A DNA stretch of 22,410 nt from Hormoscilla sp. (GTDB lineage: Bacteria > Cyanobacteriota > Cyanobacteriia > Cyanobacteriales > Desertifilaceae). The translations under genes and the position numbers were made by a program. The notes beneath the pieces are model-generated. The model did not search any database. It was not told where the DNA came from and was given only the letters and a program-made list of their open reading frames with translations. The stretch is from NCBI GenBank assembly GCA_051439505.1, contig JBFRWI010000185.1:1-22410 (forward strand). The letters run 5' to 3'. Below, in pieces: positions 18,188 through 22,410 of the stretch. Positions within the stretch are counted from its first letter, which is position 1; each line of letters begins with the position of its first letter.

Positions 18188-20718
18188 GTCTGTCTTTTTA
18201 AGCCCGCCGATGCTTGGCTGTATTCTTCGATGTTAATCTTGACTGGCTGCGCTTGCCAGATATCTTGACAATACTCCTTAATTGTGCGATCGCTGGAAAA
18301 TTTCCCCATCCGGGCTGTATTCAGAATCGACATCCGCGTCCATTTCTCTTGGTCTCGATAGGCAGCAGATACCCGTTCTTGACAGTTAACGTAAGACTGG
18401 TAGTCTGCCAACAACAGATACTGGTCTTCATACAGCAGGGAGTCTACAATTGGCTGAAATAGCGGTCGTTCTGCGGGGGAAAAGTCTCCTGCCCCTATGC
18501 GATCGATGACCTCTTTCAGTTCCCGATTTGCATTATAGTAGTCTCGCGGGTTATAGCCCCTGGCCTTCAATGATTGGACTTCGGTGGCAGTCAAACCGAA
18601 GATGAAGATATTATCATCACCCACTTCTTCGGCGATTTCAATGTTAGCACCGTCCAGGGTGCCAATCGTGATGGCTCCATTCATGGCAAACTTCATATTC
18701 CCCGTCCCGGAAGCTTCCTTCCCAGCGGTCGAGATTTGCTCTGACAGATTCGCTGCTGGGTACACCCGCTGACCTAAAGATACAGAATAGCCTGCTAGGA
18801 AGACTACCTTCAGGCGTCCTCCCACATCCGGGTCTTTGTTGACTACTTCCCCTACAGAGTTAATCAATTTGATGACTAATTTGGCCATGTAGTAACCAGG
18901 AGCTGCCTTGCCGCCAAAGATAAAAGTCCGGGGCATAATCTCCAGATTGGGATTCCTTTTAATCCGATTGTACAGGGTAATGATGTACAATACTAATAGC
19001 AGTTGACGCTTGTATTCGTGAATGCGCTTCACCTGGATATCAAACAACCCATTATCGTCTACTTCAATATCATTGAACAGCAGTATGTGCTCGGCCAGAT
19101 TCTGTTTATTTTTCTGCTTAATCTGACGCCAGCGGTGGCCAAAATCTGCATCCTCCACAAATGATTCTAACTGCTTGAGTTCCTCTAGGTGGGTAACCCA
19201 ACCTGCACCTATCTTCTCGGTAATTAGTTCAGACAGCTGGGGATTACTCAACAGCAACCATCGGCGTGGGGTCACTCCATTGGTCTTATTCTGAAACTTC
19301 TCGGGAGAAAATTCATAAAAGTCTCGCAGGAGGTTCTGCTCTAGCAAATCCGTGTGCAATGCTGCTACCCCGTTGATTGCATGACTGCCTACGCAGGCCA
19401 GGTTCGCCATGCGCACGTACTTCTCGGTACCTTCTTCTATCAATGACATGCGGATCGATCGCTGGTTATCACCGGGATATTTGGCATGCACTTCATTCAG
19501 AAAGCGGTGGTTGATTTCATATATAATCTCTAGATGCCGGGGCAGGATCTGCTCGAACAGACTCACTGGCCAGCGTTCCAGGGCTTCCGCTAGTAAGGTG
19601 TGATTAGTGTAGGCGAAGGCATGCTTGGTGATGTACCAAGCTCGGTTCCAACCCAACTCGTGTTCGTCCACCAGCAACCGCATCAATTCTGCTACCCCAA
19701 TGGATGGGTGAGTGTCGTTTAGCTGTATGGCTACCTTTTCATGGAATTGGTCAAAATTGGAGTGAGTAGCGCGGTAAGATCTGATAATATCTTGCAGAGA
19801 ACAGCTGACGAAGAAATATTGCTGCTCTAGACGCAGTTGTTTCCCCTGGGAGGTGTTGTCGTTGGGATAGAGGACTTTGGAGATATTTTCTGAAGCTATT
19901 TTGTCAGTTACCGAGCCAGCATAGTCACCGCTGTCGAACACCTGGAAGTTGAAGTCTTCACTGGCATGGGCCCGCCAGAGCCGCAGGGTATTGACTGTAT
20001 TTGTGTTGTACCCCGGTACTGGCGTATCGTAGGGCGTTCCCAAAACTTTCCTTTCGCTCACCCAACGCACCCGATAATTGCCCCGATCGTCGTGGTAATG
20101 TTCTGTATGTCCGCCGTAGTTGACCTCAACTGTTAAATCCGGGCGGCGAATTTCCCAGGGGTTGCCGAAGCGCAGCCATTTGTCGGGCCGTTCTACTTGA
20201 GCGCCATCTACAATCCATTGGTCAAAAATGCCGAATTCATAGCGAATTCCGTAGCCTACTGCTGGCATTTCTAGGGTGGCTAGGGAGTCCAGGAAACAAG
20301 CTGCTAGACGCCCTAAACCCCCATTTCCCAGTCCTGGTTCTGCTTCCAGCATCATGAGGTCATCTAGGTTGAGTCCTGACTCTTCTATTGCTTGGCGCAT
20401 CCTTTCGGTCAAACCCAGGTTCAGCAGGTTATTGCCTAACTGTTTGCCCATTAAGAATTCTGCTGATAGGTAAAATACTGCCTTGACATTTTTCTTGATG
20501 TATGTTGTGGTCGTGTTAATCCAGCGGTGCAGGAGCCGATCGCGCACTGTATAGGCCAGGGCCATATAGTAATCGTAGGGCGTGGCCATGAACTCGTTTT
20601 TCCCCTGGATGTAGTAGAGGTTGTCGGCAAAGGCTCGCTTCAGGGTCTCTACGTCCATCCCCGTGCGATCTTCCTCTATTTTGACTTTGACATTCTCTAG
20701 AAGCTGCATAGTTGTCAA
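18184..20718 (-). CDS. glgP: Glycogen/starch/alpha-glucan phosphorylase
   Basis: [42 protein letters not shown]-lysine motif [10 protein letters not shown]. Start is either TTG 20718 or ATG 20709. Confidence 0.97.
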   Translation of the reverse strand: MTTMQLLENVKVKIEEDRTGMDVETLKRAFADNLYYIQGKNEFMATPYDYYMALAYTVRDRLLHRWINTTTTYIKKNVKAVFYLSAEFLMGKQLGNNLLNLGLTERMRQAIEESGLNLDDLMMLEAEPGLGNGGLGRLAACFLDSLATLEMPAVGYGIRYEFGIFDQWIVDGAQVERPDKWLRFGNPWEIRRPDLTVEVNYGGHTEHYHDDRGNYRVRWVSERKVLGTPYDTPVPGYNTNTVNTLRLWRAHASEDFNFQVFDSGDYAGSVTDKIASENISKVLYPNDNTSQGKQLRLEQQYFFVSCSLQDIIRSYRATHSNFDQFHEKVAIQLNDTHPSIGVAELMRLLVDEHELGWNRAWYITKHAFAYTNHTLLAEALERWPVSLFEQILPRHLEIIYEINHRFLNEVHAKYPGDNQRSIRMSLIEEGTEKYVRMANLACVGSHAINGVAALHTDLLEQNLLRDFYEFSPEKFQNKTNGVTPRRWLLLSNPQLSELITEKIGAGWVTHLEELKQLESFVEDADFGHRWRQIKQKNKQNLAEHILLFNDIEVDDNGLFDIQVKRIHEYKRQLLLVLYIITLYNRIKRNPNLEIMPRTFIFGGKAAPGYYMAKLVIKLINSVGEVVNKDPDVGGRLKVVFLAGYSVSLGQRVYPAANLSEQISTAGKEASGTGNMKFAMNGAITIGTLDGANIEIAEEVGDDNIFIFGLTATEVQSLKARGYNPRDYYNANRELKEVIDRIGAGDFSPAERPLFQPIVDSLLYEDQYLLLADYQSYVNCQERVSAAYRDQEKWTRMSILNTARMGKFSSDRTIKEYCQDIWQAQPVKINIEEYSQASAGLKRQT

Positions 20719-20818
20719 TGGTTAATTTTCACGAACAATTTTGTTATTATAACGCCCATGGTACTTCCTCCCCCATAATTTTATATTTTAATTTAATATT
20801 TGAGAGTACAGTATATCT

Positions 20819-21282
20819 TTACAGGGCGGTATCCTCCTGCTGGTGAGACAGATGCAAAGCTAATTTAAGAGCTTCCCATTGAGCTTGGCGGAATTTAGCT
20901 GTATCTGCATAAATTTTGGCAGCCAAGCATTGAAACTTAATAAACTCTCCTGGATGCTTTTCGTATAGCAGCTTACCCTCACTCGCCACTTGATAGCCAA
21001 GTAGCGGGGAACAGTGATTCAGTTGGGCTACATCAATCTTTGTCATGGGAATTGATGGTAACATCTGAGTCAGGAGGCGATCGATCTCCAACCAATACCA
21101 AGAATTTTTCATCCCTTGAGAAGCAATTCTCGATCGTAGAGGACCGCAAAATCCCAGTCACTTCCTGGATGGACTTTACCTGTAGCTCTCGAACCGAACA
21201 AAACCAACAGTTTGATATCGGGCAGGTGAGTGGCAATTTCGGAAGCAACTGCCTGCATTTCTGCCATTGATGGTTCTTTCAT
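20819..21282 (-). pseudogene. mntA: MntA-family minimal nucleotidyltransferase (type VII TA antitoxin), split by a frameshift
   Basis: 5' piece 21282-21109 (57 aa, not in track): MKEPSMAEMQ...LLVLFGSRATGKVHPGSDWDFAVLYD...KG* with the GSx10DxD motif. 3' piece 21112-20819 carries KIDVAQLNHCSPLLGYQVASEGKLLYE, the typical MNT C-terminal half. Confidence 0.82.
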
Positions 21283-21289
21283 CTTCCTT

Positions 21290-21697
21290 CTATTGTAGCC
21301 AGTCTTCTACTGTCACCCCTGAAACTCTGAGCAGATCGGAGTCATGGGATACTAGAATTAATCCTGCTGCTGCTGCGGTCGCTGCTATCAAGATATCAGC
21401 AGTTTGGATAAGCCTCCCACTGCGCTTTAACTCTGCATATATCTCTGATGCTCTATTGATGATGTCTAGATTTGGCAAAAACACAATTTCTAAATATTTG
21501 CTACTGCACAAATCCTCAAATATAGACAGCTTCCTTGTCGCATTTACAGCCAACAGTCCTCCTTTTACCTCATAGTATGTCATGCAGCTAATATACAGTT
21601 GTTGTTTCCGAATCCGCAGATGTATTAATTTGCTGTTTAACCTTTCATCTTGTTTTAAAATTGCGGTAACTATGTTAGTATCGAGAAGATAACTCAT
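21290..21697 (-). CDS. vapC: PIN-domain (VapC-like) ribonuclease toxin
   Basis: MSYLLDTNI, YYEV..G, ADILIAATA, LVSHDSD: the conserved acidic PIN residues. ATG at 21697 (135 aa) preferred over the track start at 21760. Confidence 0.9.
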   Translation of the reverse strand: MSYLLDTNIVTAILKQDERLNSKLIHLRIRKQQLYISCMTYYEVKGGLLAVNATRKLSIFEDLCSSKYLEIVFLPNLDIINRASEIYAELKRSGRLIQTADILIAATAAAAGLILVSHDSDLLRVSGVTVEDWLQ

Positions 21698-21701
21698 TTT
21701 T

Positions 21702-21998
21702 CTACTTCCGTTTCGGTATTGCGGCCTCGAATTCTGCCATTTGCTCTGGGGTGAAATCACTCAATAGATAATACAACACTTGTATCCCTAACACACCATC
21801 AATTCTATCTAGCAGGTCGTCTTCAGGCATGGATATGATTTCTGCCAATGAAAAATTATTCTCTAACGCCTTGGAGATGATGGAGATCATTTTCTCTCGA
21901 TCTAGTTCTTCAAATAGACTATTGCTTTGAATCAGTTTGGTGACGATCGGGGATATGCGGGTGATAATTTCCTGTTTGGCTTCAGACAGTTGCTGCAT
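21702..21998 (-). CDS. Small acidic protein, putative antitoxin of the PIN toxin
   Basis: 98 aa, strong GGAGG Shine-Dalgarno, ends 4 bp before the vapC ATG; acidic C-terminus (LLSDFTPEQMAEFEAAI). Function inferred from position only. Confidence 0.65.
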   Translation of the reverse strand: MQQLSEAKQEIITRISPIVTKLIQSNSLFEELDREKMISIISKALENNFSLAEIISMPEDDLLDRIDGVLGIQVLYYLLSDFTPEQMAEFEAAIPKRK

Positions 21999-22049
21999 AA
22001 CCTACCTCCCAACTTTTTACTCTCTGATAACGGATATATTCTATCATAG

Positions 22050-22161
22050 CACGGGTGTGGTCATAAGTAGTTGATAGTCATTTGCTGCCCTTCGCCACCC
22101 TTCGACTTCGACGCATCCGGTGCGTCTTCCCCGCGTTCCCCTGTTTTTGACCACACCCGTG
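22050..22161. mobile_element. 112-bp MITE-like element with 14-bp terminal inverted repeats
   Basis: CACGGGTGTGGTCA (22050-22063) / TGACCACACCCGTG (22148-22161), imperfectly extendable inward; internal hairpin GACGCA-tccgg-TGCGTC (22110-22126). No target-site duplication seen. Confidence 0.5.
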
Positions 22162-22191
22162 GGGAAGTGCCCCCCCAGAAGTGCGCTCCGG

Positions 22192-22410
22192 GTAAGCTTA
22201 CCCTAAGCCTATGTAAGCTTACTCTAAGCCTATGTAAGCTTACTCTAAGCCTATGTAAGCTTACCCTAAGCCTATGTAAGCTTACCCTAAGCCTATGTAA
22301 GCTTACTCTAAGCCTATGTAAGCTTACTCTAAGCCTATGTAAGCTTACTCTAAGCCTATGTAAGCTTACTCTAAGCCTATGTAAGCTTACTCTAAGCCTA
22401 TGTAAGCTTA
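22192..22410. repeat. 21-bp tandem repeat array GTAAGCTTAC(T/C)CTAAGCCTAT, 10 full copies plus a partial copy, truncated by the window end
   Basis: Units start at 22192, 22213, ... 22381, 22402. The only variation is C at position 11 in copies 1, 4 and 5, T in the rest. No spacers. Confidence 0.97.

Noticed and set aside
21033..21248. 71-aa Cys-containing minus-strand ORF
   Set aside because: Off-frame reading of the MNT gene; the frame starting at 21282 carries the GSx10DxD motif.
22192..22410. CRISPR array
   Set aside because: Repeats are directly adjacent with no unique spacers, and no cas genes are in the window.
1..22410. HIP1 (GCGATCGC) abundance as a novelty; tRNA or rRNA genes
   Set aside because: HIP1 enrichment is a well-known cyanobacterial trait and is used only as a taxonomic clue. 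No tRNA- or rRNA-like sequence was recognised.

Overview
Cyanobacterial chromosomal segment, judged from frequent HIP1 octamers GCGATCGC (e.g. 2168, 4212, 8222, 12527), heptamer STRR repeats and photosystem I genes; the repeat content suggests a filamentous lineage. In order: the 3' end of a Calx-beta/RTX secreted protein, a REC-HisKA-HATPase hybrid kinase, an uninterrupted bidirectional NiFe-hydrogenase operon hoxEFUYH (no hoxW), an aldo/keto reductase, ndhD4-cupB (no ndhF4), a ShlB/FhaC (TpsB) transporter with no passenger in view, a PatN-like membrane protein, tsaD, psaF-psaJ (psaJ is missing from the ORF track), and glgP overlapping gmk. On the minus strand at the right end is a toxin-antitoxin-like cluster: putative antitoxin, PIN toxin and a frameshifted MntA-type nucleotidyltransferase without a HEPN partner. 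The most unusual signals are: (i) a 21-bp tandem array running off the right end, in which TAAGCYTA recurs at alternating 11/10-bp spacing (one helical turn) and a 10-bp palindrome recurs every two turns; (ii) a start-less PEP-CTERM sorting tail in the +1 frame at the cupB stop; (iii) a 186-bp nested inverted-repeat element where ndhF4 would normally lie; (iv) the split MNT gene. All calls come from reading motifs by eye; no database search was run.
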